Origin: the human T2T-CHM13v2.0 reference genome, Homo sapiens
Assembly (NCBI RefSeq): GCF_009914755.1
Contig: NC_060933.1
Reading direction: 5' to 3' (one strand)
DNA: 64,000 nt
Shown: piece after piece, positions 12,011-26,069 of the stretch
How the letters are laid out: each line of letters opens with the position of its first letter
How positions within the stretch are numbered: the first letter of the stretch is position 1
The notes under the pieces: generated by a model
Seen by the model: only the letters and a program-made list of their open reading frames with translations
Databases searched by the model: none
What the model was told of the DNA's origin: nothing
Translations under genes and position numbers: made by a program

Positions 12011-15000
12011 GGAATGGAATGGAATGGAATGGAATCAACCCGAGTGCAATGGAATGGAGAGGAATGGAATGGAATGGAATGGAAACTACCCGAATGGAAT
12101 GGAATGTAATGGAGTGTAAGGGAATTGAATAGAATCAATCCGAATGGAATGGAATGGAATGGAACGTAATGTAATGGAATGGAATGGAATGGAATCAACC
12201 CGAGTGCAGTGGAATGGAATGGAATGGAATGCAATGGAATGGAATCATCTGGAATGGAATGGAATGCAATGCAATGGAATGGAATGGAATGGAATCAACC
12301 CGAGTGCAATGGAATGGAGTGAAATGGAATGGAATGGAATGGAGACAACCAGAATGGATTGGAATATAATGGAGTGTAAGGGAATTGAATAGAATCAATC
12401 TGAATGTAATGAAATGGAATGGAACGGAATGGAATGGAATGGAATGGAATGCAATGGAATGGAATCAACCCGAGTGCAATCGAATGGAATCGAATGGAAT
12501 GGAATGCAATGGAATGGATTCAACTTGAATGGAATGGAAAGAATGGAATAAAAACGAGTGGAATGGCATGGATTGGAATGGAATGGAATGGAATCAACCC
12601 GAGTATAGGGGAATGGAATGGAATGGAATGGAATGCAATGAAATGGAATCATCCGTAATGGAATGGAAAGGAATGGAATGGAATGGAATCAACTCGATTG
12701 CAATCGAATGGAATGGAATGGAATTAACCCGAATAGAAAGGAATGGAATGGAATGGAACGGAACGGAATGGAATGGAATGGAATGGAATGGAACGGAACG
12801 GAATGGAATGGAATGGAATGGAATGGAATGGAATGGAACGGAAAAGAAGGGAATGGAATGGAATAGAATGGAATGGAATGGAATCAACGCGAGTGCAGGG
12901 GAATGGAATGGAATGGAATGCAATGGAATGGATTCAACTTGAATGGAATGGAAAGAATGGAATCAACACGAGTGGAATGGTATGGATTGGAATGGAATGG
13001 AATGGAATCAACCCGAGTACAGGGGAGTGGACTGGAATGGAATGCAATGGAATGGAATCATCCGTAATGGAATGGAAAGGAATGGAATGGAATGGAATGG
13101 AATGGAATGGAATGGAATAAACTCGATTGCAATCGAATGCAATGGAATGGAATTAACCCGAATAGAATGGAATGGAATGGAATGGAATCAACTCGATTGC
13201 CATCGAATGAAATGGAATGGAATTAACCCGAATAGAATGGAATGAAATAGAATGGAACGGAACGGAATGGAATGGAATGGAATGGAATGGAATGGAATGG
13301 AACGGAATGGAATGGAATGGAATGGAATGGAACGGAATGGAATGGAATGGAATGGAATGGAATCAACGCGAGTGCAGGGGAATGGAATGGAATGGAATGT
13401 AATGGAATGGAATCTTTCGGAATGGAATGGAATGGAATGGAATGGAATGAAATGCAATGGATTCAACTCGATTGCAATGGAATGGAATAGAATGGAATGG
13501 AATGGAATGGAATGGAATTAATCCGAATAGAATGGAATGGAATGGAATGGAACGGAATGGAACGGAACGGAATGGAACGGAATGGAATGGAATGGTATGG
13601 AATGGAATGGAATGGTATGGAATAGAATGGAATGGAACGAATTGTAATGGAATGGAATTGAATGGAATGGAATGGAATGGAATGGAATCAACGCGAGTGC
13701 AGGGGAATGTAATGGAACGGAATGCAATGGAATGGAATCATCCGGAATGGAATGGAATGGAATGGAATGGAATGGAATCAACCCGAGTGCAATGGAATGG
13801 AGTGGAATGGAATGGAATGGAATGGAACAACCCCAATGGAATGGAATGTAATGAAGAGTAAGGGAGTTGAATAGAATCAGTCCGAATGTAATGGAATGGA
13901 ATGCAACGGAGTGGAATGGAATGGAATGGAATGGAATGCAATGGAATGGAATCAACCCGAGTACAATGGAATGGAATGGAATGGAATGGAATGGAATGGA
14001 ATGGAATGATATGGAATAGAATGGAATGGAACGAAATGGAATGGAATGGAATGGAATGGAATGGAATGGAATGGAATTTTTCCGAGTGGAATAGGAGGGA
14101 ATGTATTCGAGTGGAATGGAAAGGAATGGAATCAACCAGAGTGGAATGGAAGGGAATGGAATGGAATGGAATGGAATGGAATGGAATGCAATGGAATGGA
14201 ATCAACCCGAGTGCAATCGAATGGAATCAAATGGAATGGAATGCAATGGAATGCATTCAACTTGAATGGAAAGGAAAGAATGGAATCAACACGAGTGGAA
14301 TGGCATGGATTGGAATGGAATGGAATGGAATCAACCCGAGTACAGCGGAATGGAATGCAATGGAATGCAATGGAATGGAATCATCTGTAATGGAATGGAA
14401 AGGAATGGAAAGGACTGGAATGGAATGGAATGGAATGGAATGGAATGGAATGGAATCAACTCGATTGCAGTCAAATGGAATGGAATGGAATTAACCCGAA
14501 TAGAATGGAATGGAATGGAATGGAACGGAACGGAATGGAATGGAGTGGAATGGAATGGAACGGAAAGGAATGGAATGGAATGGAATGGAACGGAATGGAA
14601 TGGAATGGAATCAACGCGAGTACAGGGGAATGGAATGGAATCGAATGGAATGGAAAGGAATGGAATGGAATCAACCCGAGTGCAGGGGAACGTAATGGAA
14701 CGGAATGCAATGGAATGGAATCATCCGGAATGGAATGGAATGGAATGGAATGGAATGGAATGGAATGGAATCAACCCGAGTGCAATGGAATGGAGTGGAA
14801 TGCAAAGGAATGGAATGGAACAACCCGAATTGAATGGAATGTAATGGAGAGTAAGGGAGTTGAAAAGAATCAATCCGAATGTAATGGAATGGAATGGAAC
14901 GGAATGGAATGGAATGGAATGGAATGGAATGGAATGCAATGGAATGGAATCAACCCGAGTACAATGGAATGGAATGGAATGGAATGGAATGGAATGCAAT

Positions 15001-18000
15001 GGATTCAACTCGATTGCAATGGAATGGAATAGAATGGAATGGAATGGAATGGAATGGAATGGAATTAAACCGAATAGAATGGAATGGAATGGAATGGAGC
15101 GGAACAGAACGGAACGGAACGGAACGGAGTGGAATGGAATGGAATGGAATTGTATGGAATGGAATGGAATGGTACGGAATAGAAGGGAATGGAAAGAATT
15201 GGAATGGAATGGAATCGAATGGAATGGAATGGAATGGAATGGAATCAACCCGAGTGCCGGGGAATGTAATGGAACGGAATGCAATGGAATGGAATCATCC
15301 GGAATGGAATGGAATGGAATGGAATGGAATGGAATGGAATGGAATCAACCCGAGCGCAATGGAATGGAGTGGAATGGAATGGAATGAAATGGAACAACCC
15401 GAATGGAATGGAATGTAATGGAGAGTAAGGGAGTTGAATAGAATCAATCCGAATGTAATGGAATGGAACGGAATGGAATGGAATGGTATGGAATGGAATG
15501 CAATGGAATGCAATGGAATGGAATCAACCCGAGTACAATGGAACGGAATGGAATGGAATGTAATGTAATGGAATGGAATGGAATGGAATGGAATGGAATC
15601 AACCCGAGTGCAATGGAATGGAGTGGATTGGAATGGAATGGAATGGAATGGAATCAACCCGAGTGCAATGCAATGGAGAGGAATGGAATGGAATGGAATG
15701 GAAACTACCCGAATGGAATGGAATGTAATGGAGTGTAAGGGAATTGAATAGAATCAATCCGAATGTAATGGAATGGAATGGAATGGAATGGAATGGAATG
15801 GAATCAACCCGAGTGCAATCGAATGGAATCGAATGGAATGGATAGCAATGGAATGGATTCAACTTGAATGGAATGGAAAGAATGAAATCAACACGAGTGG
15901 AATGGCATGGATTGGAATGGAATGGAATGGAATCAACACGAGTACAGGGGAATGGAATGGAATGGAATGCAATGGAATGGAATCATCCGTAATGGAATGG
16001 AAAGGAATGGAACGGAAAGGAATCAACTCGATTGCAATCGAATGGAATGGAATGGAATTAACCCGAATAGAATGGAATGGAATGGAATGGAACGGAACGG
16101 AATGGAATGGAATGGAATGGAATGGAATGGAACGGAACGGAACGGAATGGAATGGAATGGAATGGAATGGAATCAACGCGAGTGCAGGGGAATGGAATGG
16201 AATGGAATGCAATGGAATGGAATATTCCGGAATGGAATGGAATGCAATGGAATGGAATGAAATGCAATGGATTCAACTCGATTGCAATGGAATGGAATAG
16301 AATGGAATGGAATGGAATGGAATGGAATTAATCCAAATAGAATGGAATGGAATGGAATGGAACGGAATGGAACGGAATGGAATGGAATGGAATGGAATGG
16401 AATGGTATGGAATGGAATGGAATGGTACGGAATAGAATGGAATGGAACGAATTGTAATGGAATGGAATTGAATGGAATGGAATGGAATCAACGCGACTGC
16501 AGGGGAATGTAATGGAACGGAATGCAATGGAATGGAATCATCCGGAATGGAATGGAATGGAATGGAATGGAATGGAATGGAATGGAATGGAATGGAATCA
16601 ACCCGAGTGCAATGGAATGGAGTGGAATGGAATGGAATGGAATGGAATAACCCGAATGGAGTGGAATGTAACGGAGAGTAAGGGAGTTGAATAGAATCAA
16701 TCCGAATGTAATGGAATGGAATGCAACGGAATGGAAAGGAATGGAATGGAATGGAATGCAATGGAATTGAATCAACCCGAGTACAATGGAATGGAATGGA
16801 ATGGAATGGAATGGAATGGAATGGAATGGAATGGAATGGAATGATACGGAATAGAATGGAATGGAAAGGAATGGAATGGAATGGAATGGAATGGAATGGA
16901 ATGGAATGGAATGGAATGGAATCGTTCCGAGTGGAATAGGAGGGAATGTGTTCGAGTGGAATGGAAAGGAATGGTATCAACCAGAGTGGAATGGAAGGGA
17001 ATGGAATGGAATGGAAACTAATAGAATGGAATCAACCCGAGTGGAATGGAATGGAAAGGACTGGAATGGAATGGAATCAACTCGATTGTAATGGAATGGA
17101 ATGGAATGGAATGGAATGGAATGGAATGGAATTAACCCGAATACAATGGAATGGAATGGAATGGAACGGAATGGAGTGGAATGGAATGGAATCAACCCGA
17201 GTGCAGGGGAATGGAATGGAATGGAATGCAATGGAATGGAATCACCCGGAATGGAATGGAATGGATTGGAATGCAAAGCAATGGAATCAACTCGATTGCA
17301 ATGGAATGGAATGGAATGGAAAGGAATACATTGGAATCAACGCGAGTGGAATGGAATGGAAAGGACTAGAATGGAGTGGAATGGAATGGAATGGAATGGA
17401 ATGAAATCAACTCGATTGGAATGGAATGGAATGGAATGGAATGGAATTAACCCGAATAGAATGGAATGGAATGGAATGGAACGGAACGGAATGGAATGGA
17501 ATGGAATGGTATGGAATGGAATGGAATGGAATCAACCCGACTGCAGGGAAATGGAATGGAACGGAATGCAATGGAATGGATTCAACTTGAATGGAATGGA
17601 AAGAATGGAATCAACACGAGTGGAATGGCATGGATTGGAATGGAATGGAGTGGAATCAACCCGAGTATAGGGAAATGGAATGGAATGGAATGCAATGGAA
17701 TGGAATCATCCGTAATGGAATGGAAAGGAATGGAATGGAATGGAATAGAATGGAATGCAATCAATTCGATTGCAATTGAATGGAATGGAATGGAATTAAC
17801 CCGAATAGAATGGAATGGAATGGAATGGAACGGAACGGAACGGAATGGAATGGATTGGAATGGAATGGAATGGAATGGAACGGAAAGGAATGGAATGGAA
17901 TGGAATGGAATGGAATGGAATGGAATGGAATGCAATCAACGCGAGTGCAGGGGAATGGAATGGAATGGAATGCAATGCAATGGAATCTTCCGGAATGGAA

Positions 18001-20390
18001 TGGAATGGAATGGAATGGAATGCAATGGAATCAACCCGAGTGCAATGGAATGGAGTGGAATGGAATGGAATGGAATGGAAAAACCCGAATGGAATCGAAT
18101 GTAATGGAGAGTAAGGGAGTTGAATAGAATCAATCCGAATGTAATGGAATGGAATGGAACGGAATGGAATTGAATGGAATGGAATGGAATGCAATGGAAT
18201 GGAATCAACCCGAGTGCAATGGAATGGAGAGGAATGGAATGGAATGGAATGGAAACTACCCGAATGGAATGGAATGTAATGGAGTGTAAGGGAATTGAAT
18301 AGAATCAATCCGAATGTAATGGAATGGAATGGAACGGAATGGAATGGAATGGAATGGAATGGAATGGAATGCAATGCAATGGAATGGAATCAACCCGAGT
18401 GCAATCGAATGGAATCGAATGGAATGGAATGCAATGGAATGGATTCAACTTGAATGGAATGGAAAGAATGGAATCAACACGACTGGAATGGCATGGATTG
18501 GAATGGAATGGAATGGAATCAACCCGAGTACAGGGGAATGGAATGGAATGGAATGCAATGGAATGGAATCATCCGTAATGGAATGGAAAGAATGGAATGG
18601 AATGGAATGGAATGGAATGGAATGGAATCAACTCGATGGCAATCGAATGGAATGGAATGGAATTAACCCGAATAGAATGGAATGGAATGGAATGGAACGG
18701 AACTGAATGGAATGGAATGGAATGGAATGGAATGGAACGGAACGGAATGGAATGGAATGGAATGGAACGGAACGCAACGGAATGGATGGAATGGAATGGA
18801 ATGGAATGGAATGGAATGGAATGAACGCGAGTGCAGGGGAATGGAATGGAATGGAATGCAATGGAATGGAATCTTCCGGAATGGAATGGAATGGAATGGA
18901 ATGGAATGGAAAGAAATGCAATTGATTCAACTCGATTGCAATGGAATGGAATAGAATGGAATGGAATGGAATGGAATGGAATGGAATTAACCCGAATAGA
19001 ATGGAATGGAATGGAATGGAACGGAATGGAACGGAATGGAATGGAATGGAATGGAATGGAATGGAATGGTATGGAATGGAATGGAATGGTAGGGAATAGA
19101 ATGGAATGGAACGAATTGTAATGGAATGGAATTGAATGGAATGGAATGGAATGGAATGGAATCAACGCGAGTGCAGGGGAATGTAATGGAACGGAATGCA
19201 ATGGAATGGAATCATCCGGAATGGAATGGAATGGAATGGAATCAACCCGAGTGCAATGGAATGGAGTGGAATGGAATGGAATGGAATGGAAAAACCCAAA
19301 TGGAATGGAATGTAATGGAGAGTAAGGGAGTTGAATAGAATCAATCCGAATGTAATGGAATGGAATGCAACGGAATGGAATGGAATGGAATGGAATGGAA
19401 TGGAATGGAATGCAATGGAATGGAATCAACCCGAGTACAATGGAATGGAATGGAATGGAATGGAATGGAATGGAATGGAATGCCTTCAAACCGAATGGAA
19501 TGGAAAGGAATGGAATCAACACGAGTGGAATGGAATGGAATGGAATGGAATGTAATGGAATGGAATGATACGGAATAGAATAGAATGGAAGGAAATGGAA
19601 TGGAATGGAATGGAATGGAATGGAATGGAATGGAATGGAATCGTTCCAAGTGGAATAGGAGGGAATGTATTCGAGTGGAATGGAAAGGAATGGAATCAAC
19701 CAGAGTGGAATGGAAGGGAATGGAATGGAATGGAAACTAATAGAATGGAATCAACCCGAGTGGAATGGAATGGAAAAGACTGGAATGGAAAGGAATGGAA
19801 TCGAATGGAATGGAATGGAATGGAATGCAATGGAATGGAATGGAATGGAATAAACGCGAGTGCAGGGGAATGGAATGGAATCGAATGGAATGGAATGGAA
19901 TGGAATGGAATCAACCCGAGTGCAGGGGAATGTAATGGAACGGAATGCAATGGAATGGAATCATCCGGAATGGAATGGAATGGAATGGAATGGAATCAAC
20001 CCGAATGCAATGGAATGGAGTGGAATGGAATGGAATGGAATGGAACAACCCGAATGGAATGGAATGTAATGGAGAGTAAGGGAGTTGAAAAGAATCAATC
20101 CGAATGTAATGGAATGGAATGGAACGTAATGGAATGGAATGGAATGGAATGGAATGGAATGCAATGGAATGGAATCAACCCGAGTACAATGGAATGGAAT
20201 GGAATGGAATGGAATGGAATGGAATCGAATGGAATGCAATGGAATGGAATCTTCCGGAATGGAATGGAATGGAATGGAATGGAATGAAATGGATTCAACT
20301 CGATTGCAATGGAATGGAATAGAATGGAATGGAATGGAATGGAATGGAATGGAATGGAATTAAACCGAATAGAATGGAATGGAATGGAAT

Positions 20391-20420
20391 GGAACGGAAC
20401 GGAACGGAACGGAACGGAAC
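20391..20420 (+). repeat. (GGAAC)6 CpG-rich variant run
   Basis: Six consecutive GGAAC units. Paralogous runs near 926, 11522 and 15101 carry an AGAAC interruption. Confidence 0.9.
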
Positions 20421-23400
20421 GGAGTGGAATGGAATGGAATGGAATTGTATGGAATGGAATGGAATGGTACGGAATAGAATGGAATGGAAAGAATTGGAAT
20501 GGAATGGAATCGAATGGAATGGAATGGAAATGAATGGAATCAACCCGAGTGCAGGGGAATGTAATGGAACGGAATGCAATGGAATGGAATCATCCGGAAT
20601 GGAATGGAATGGAATGGAATGGAATGGAATCAATCCGAGTGCAATGGAATGGAGTGGAATGGAATGGAATGGAATGGAACAACCCGAATGGAATGGAATG
20701 TAATGGAGAGTAAGGGAGTTGAATAGAATCAATCCGAATGTAATGGAATGGAATGCAACGGAATGGAATGGAATGGAATGGAATGGAATGGAATGCAATG
20801 GAATGGAATCAACCCGAGTACAATGGAATGGAATGGACTGGAATGGAATGGAATGGAATGGAATGGAATGGAATGCCTTCAAACCGAATGGAATGGAAAG
20901 AATGAAATCAACACGAGTGGAATGGAATGGAATGGAATGGAACAGAACGGAATGGAATGGAATGGAATGGAACGGAACGGAATGGAATGGAATGGAATGA
21001 AATGGAATCAACGCGAGTGCAGGGGAATGGAATGGAATGGAATGCAATGGAATGGAAACTTCCGGAATGGAATGGAATGGAATGGAATGGAATGAAATGC
21101 AATGGATTCAACTCGATTGCAATGGAATGGAATAGAATGGAATGGAATGGAATGGAATGGAATTAATCCGAATAGAATGGAATGGAATGGAGTGGAACGG
21201 AATGGAACGGAATGGAACGGAATGGAAAGGAATGGAATGGAATGGCATGGAATGGAATGGAATGGTACGGAATAGAATAGAATGGAACGAATTGTAATGC
21301 AATGGAATGGAATGGAATGGAATGGAATGGATTGGAATCAACGCGAGTGCAGGGGAATGTAATGGAACGGAATGCAATGGAATGTAATCATCCGGAATGG
21401 AATGGAATGGAATGGAAAGGAATGGAATCAACCCGAGTGCAATGGAATGGAGTGGAATGGAATGGAATGGAATGGAACAACCCGAATGGAATGGAATGTA
21501 ATGGAGAGTAAGGGAGTTGAATAGAATCAATCCGAATGTAATGGAATGGAATGCAACGGAATGGAATGGAATGGAATGGAATGGAATGCAATGGAATGGA
21601 ATCAACCCGAGTACAATGGAATGGAATGGAATGGAATGGAATGGAATGGAATGGAATGGAATGATACGGAATGGAATGTAATGGAACGAAATGGAATGGA
21701 ATGGAATGGAATGGAATGGAATGGAATCGTTCCGAGTGGAATAGGAGGGAATGTATTCGAGTGGAATGGAAAGGAATGGAATCAACCAGAGTGGAATGGA
21801 AGGGAATGGAATGGAATGGAAACTAATAGAATGGAATCAACCCGAGTGGAATGGAATGGAAAGGACTGGAATGGAATGGAATGGAATGGAATCAACTCGA
21901 TTGTAATGGAATGGAATGGAATGGAATGGATTGGAATGGAATTAACCCGAATACAATGGAATGGAATGGAATGGAACGGAATGGAGTGGAATGGAATGGA
22001 ATCAACCCGAGTGCAGGGGTATGGAATGGAATGCAATGCAATGGAATGGAATCATCCGGAATGGAATGGAATGGAATGGAATGCAAAGCAATGGAATCAA
22101 CTCGATTGCAATGGAATGGAATAGAATGGAAAGGAATACATTGGAATCAACCCGAGAGGAATGGAATGGAAAGGACTGGAATGGAGTGGAATGGAATGGA
22201 ATGGAATGGAATGGAATGGAATGGAATCAACCTGATTGGAATGGAATGGAATGGAATGGAATGGAATGGACTTAACCCGAATAGAAAGGAATGCAATGGA
22301 ATGGAACGGCACGGAATGGAATGGAATGGAATGGAATGGAATGGAATCAACCCGACTGCAGGGGAATGGAATGGAATGGAATGCAATGGAATGGATTCAA
22401 CTTGAATGGAATGGAAAGAATGGAATCAACACGAGTGGAATGGCATGGATTGGAATGGAATGGAATGGAATCAACCCGAGTACAGGGGAATGGAATGGAA
22501 TGGAATGCAATGGAATGGAATCATCCGTAATGGAATGGAAAGGAATGGAATGGAATGGAATGGAATGGAATGGAATCGACTCGATTGCAATCGAATGGAA
22601 TGGAATGGAATTAACCCGAATAGAATGGAATGGAATGGAATGGAACGGAACGGAACGGAATGGAATGGAATGGAATGGAATGGAATGGAACGGAAAGGAA
22701 TGGAATGGAATGGAATGGAATGGAATGGAATGGAATTAACGCGAGTGCAGGGGAATGGAATGGAATGGAATGCAATGGAATGGAATCTTCCGGAATGGAA
22801 TGGAATTGATTGGAATGGAATGGAATGGAATGGAATCAACCCGAGTGCAATGGAATGGAGTGGAATGGAATGGAATGGAATGGAACAACCCGAATGGAAT
22901 GGAATGTAATGGAGACTAAGGGAGTTGAATAGAACCAATCAGAATGTAATGGAATGGAATGGAACGGAATGGAATTGAATGGAATGGAATGGAATGCAAT
23001 GGAATGGAATCAACCCGAGTGCAATGGAATGGAGAGGAATGGAACGGAATGGAATGGAAAGTACCCGAATGGAATGGAATGTAATGGAGTGTAAGGGAAG
23101 TGAATAGAATCAATCCGAATGTAATGGAATAGAAAGGAACGGAATGGAATGGAATGGAATGGAATGGAATGGAATGGAATGCAATGGAATGGAATCAACC
23201 CGAGTGCAATCGAATGGAATCCAATGGAATGGAATGCAATGGAATGGATTCAACTTGAATGGAATGGAAAGAATGGAATCAACACGAGTGGAATGGCATG
23301 GATTGGAATGCAATGGAATGGAATCAACCCGAGTACAGGGGAATGGAATGGAATGGAATGCAATGGAATGGAATCATCCGTAATGGAATGGAAAGGAATG

Positions 23401-26069
23401 GAATGGAATGGAATGGAATGGAATGGAATGGAATCAACACGATTGCAATCGAATGGAATGGAATGGAATTAACCCGAATAGAATGGAATGGAATGGAATG
23501 GAACGGAACGGAATGGAGTGGAATGGAATGGAATGGAATGGAATGGAACGGAACGGAACGGAATGGAACGGAACGGAATGGAATGGAATGGAATGGAATG
23601 GAATGGAATCAACGCGAGTGCAGGGGCATGGAATGGAATGGAATTCAATGGAATGGAATCTTCCGGAATGGAATGGAATGGAATGGAATGGAATGGAATG
23701 AAATGCAATGGATTCAACTCGATTGCAATGGAATGGAATAGAATGGAACGGAATGGAATGGAATGGAATTAACTCGAATAGAATGGAATGGAATGGAATG
23801 GAATGGAATGGAACGGAGTGGAATGGAATGGAATGGAATGGAATGGAATTGAATGGAATGGAATGGAATGGAATGGAATGGAATCAACGCGAGTGCAGGG
23901 GAATGTAATGGAACGGAATGCAATGCAATGGAATCATGCGGAATGGAATGGAATGGAATGGAATGGAATGGAATGGAATGGAATCAACCCGAGTGCAATG
24001 GAATGGAGTGGAATGGAATGGAATGGAATGGAACAACCCGAATGGAATGGAATGTAATGGAGAGTAAGGGAGTTGAATAGAATCAATCCGAATGTAATGG
24101 AATGGAATGCAACGAAATGGAATGGAATGGAATGGAATGGAATGGAATGGAATGGAATGGAATGCAAAGGAATGGAATTAACCCGAGTGGAATGGCATGG
24201 AATGGAATGCAATGGAATGGAATGGAATGGAATCAACTCGAGTGGAAAGGAATGGAATGGAATGGAAAGGAATGGAATGAAATCAACTCGAGTGGAATGG
24301 AATGGAATGGAATAGATTAGAATGGATTGCAAGGGAATGAAATGGAATGGAATGGAATGGAATCAATCATTCCGAGTGGAATGGAAGGGAATGTAATGGA
24401 GTGGAAAGAAGGGAATGGAATCAACCCGATTGGAATGCAAGGCAATGGAATGGAATGGAAAGAAATGGAATGGAATCAACTCGATTGCAATGGAATGGAA
24501 TGGAATGGAATGGAATGGAGTGGAATTAACCCGAATAGAATGGAATGGAATGGAATGGAACGGAACGGAATGGAATGGAATGGAATGGAATGGAATGGAA
24601 CGGAACGGAACGGAACGGAATGGAATGGAATGGAATGGAATGGAATGGAATGGAATCAACGCGAGTGCAGGGGAATGGCATGGAATGGAATGCAATGGAA
24701 TGGAATCTTCCGGAATGGAATGGAATGGAATGGAATGAAATGCAGTGGATTCAACTCGATTGCAATGGAATGGAATAGAATGGAATGGAATGGAATGGAA
24801 TGGGATTAACCCGAATAGAATGGAATGGAATGGAATGCAACGGAATGGAACGGAATGGAATGGAATGGAATGGAATGGAATGGAATGGAATGGTATGGAA
24901 TGGAATGGATTGGTACGGAATAGAATGGAATGGAACGAATTGTAATGGAATGGAATTGAATGGAAAGGAATGGAATGGAATGGAATCAACGCGAGTGCAG
25001 GGGAATGTAATGGAACGGAATGCAATGGAATGGAATCATCCGGAATGGAATGGAATGGAATGGAATGGAATGGAATGGAATGGAATCAACCCGAGTGCAG
25101 TGGAATGGAGTGGAATGGAATGGAATGGAATGGAACAACCCGAATGGAATGGAATGTAATGGAGAGTAAGGGAGTTGAATAGAATCAATCCGAATGTAAT
25201 GGAATGTAATGGAATGGAATGCAACGGAATGGAATGGAATGGAATGGAATGGAATGGAATGCAAAGGAATGGAATCAACCCGAGTGGAATGGCATGGAAT
25301 GGAATGCAATGGATTGGAATGGAATGGAATCAACTCGAGTGGAAAGGAATGGAATGGAATGGAAAGGAATGGAATGAAGTCAACTCAAGTGGAATGGAAT
25401 GGAATGGAATGGATTGGAATGGATTGCAATGGAATGAAATGGAATGGAATGGAATGGAATCAATCATGGAAGGGAATGTAATGGAGTGGAAAGAAGGGAA
25501 TGGAATCAACCCGAGTGGAATGCAAGGCAATGGAATGGAATGGAAAGGAATGGAATGGAATCAACTAGATTGCAATGGAATGGAATGGAATGGAATGGAA
25601 TGGAATGGAATGGAATGGAATTAACCAGAATGGAATGGAATGGAATGGAATGGAACGGAATGGAATGGAATGGAAGGGAATGGAATCAACACGAGTGCAG
25701 GGGAATGGAATGGAATGGAATGCAATGGAATGGAATCATCCGGAATGGAATGGAAGGGATTGGAATCAACTCCATTGCAATGGAATGGAATGGAATGGAA
25801 TGGAATAGAATGGAATGGAATTAACCCGAATAGATGGAATGCAATAGAATGGAATGCAACGGAACCGAATGGAGTGGAATGGAATGGAATGGAATCAACC
25901 CGAGTACAGGGGAATGGAATGGAATGGAATGCAATGGAATGGAGTCATCCGTAATGGAATGGAAAGGAATGGAATGGAATGGAATGGAATGGAATGGAAT
26001 CAACTCGATGGCAATTGAATGGAATGGAATGGAATTAACCCGAATAGAATGGAATGGAATGGAATGGAA

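Larger units (their letters stand above)
9940..17720 (+). repeat. Dispersed direct duplication ~9940-11000 vs ~16660-17720 (offset 6720 bp)
   Basis: ATCGTTCCGA 10201/16921, rare ATGGTATCAA 10251/16971, rare TTGGAATCAACGCGAGTGG 10611/17331 and TTCAACTTGA 10861/17581. Confidence 0.8.
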